A stretch of 26,981 nucleotides of DNA, from IMG/VR virus record IMGVR_UViG_3300037755_000804, positions 1 to 26,981 of that record. One strand, written 5' to 3'. This document shows, piece after piece, positions 26,634-26,981 of the stretch. Numbering within the stretch: position 1 is the first letter of the stretch; every line of letters starts with the position of its first letter. Source of the stretch: a virus (taxonomy: Duplodnaviria; Caudoviricetes). Position numbers and translations under genes: made by a program. The notes below the pieces were generated by a model. That model had not been told where the DNA came from. It was given only the letters and a program-made list of their open reading frames with translations, and did no database searches.

Positions 26634-26980
26634 TAGTCTCTGTAAAGTGGATGGCTTGGATGTTCTTTAGACATATCCCAAAGTTCGTCTATACCCTCTA
26701 GCGTGCCATCTTCTTCAAAATCAGGCTCCTCAGGCATGTATTCATGCTCTTTAAGTTGCTCGAATTCAACAGTTGGCTCTCCATAATCTTTGCCAGTTTC
26801 TTCTTCTTCACCGCGCATCATTCTCGATAGCTCTTGGCGACTATTATCATCCCACAGCATATCATCTACTTTATGTAGCTTATTGACGGCGCCGGGAAGC
26901 TTATCTCCCTCGCTCCAAAGAGTTTTTGCATATCTAGAAAGCAGATAGCCAAATGGTCGTAGGGCACCTAGAAAATAACC
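26633..26980 (-). CDS. C-terminal part of a hypothetical protein (5' end outside the window)
   Basis: The 75 aa track ORF stays open upstream to the window edge (GYFLGALRPFGYLLSRYAKTLWSEGDKLPGAVNKLHKVDD-MLWDD...). Acidic tail. Confidence 0.7.
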   Translation of the reverse strand, partial: GYFLGALRPFGYLLSRYAKTLWSEGDKLPGAVNKLHKVDDMLWDDNSRQELSRMMRGEEEETGKDYGEPTVEFEQLKEHEYMPEEPDFEEDGTLEGIDELWDMSKEHPSHPLYRD

Positions 26981-26981
26981 T

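Noticed and set aside
1-26981. CRISPR array, tRNA/rRNA genes, DGR template/variable repeats, or stop-codon recoding
   Set aside because: No spaced nucleotide repeats, cloverleaf-like sequences or near-identical repeat pairs were seen by eye. Genes tile densely under the standard code, with TAA, TAG and TGA all used as stops.

Overview
This window looks like the virion-morphogenesis region of a large tailed dsDNA phage. Almost all real genes are on the minus strand and many are translationally coupled. In transcription order (right to left) it encodes: small acidic proteins; three paralogous head-decoration-like proteins; a block of candidate internal head/ejection proteins that share leader motifs (K-x-A, AHPE...VAP...G-x-VE, L..L...G...EA); an HK97-fold major capsid protein; a run of G/T/D-rich fibre/appendage proteins that share modules; a degenerate SPOUT-like protein; a patatin phospholipase; and a truncated IscS/NifS-type cysteine desulfurase missing from the ORF track. 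Two AT-rich LAGLIDADG genes sit on the plus strand. One is fused to an amino-DNA methyltransferase and lies in a cassette with its own sigma70 promoter and terminator. A NUMOD3 remnant and a recurring candidate phage late-promoter motif are also visible. All product calls come from motif recognition by eye; no database searches were run.
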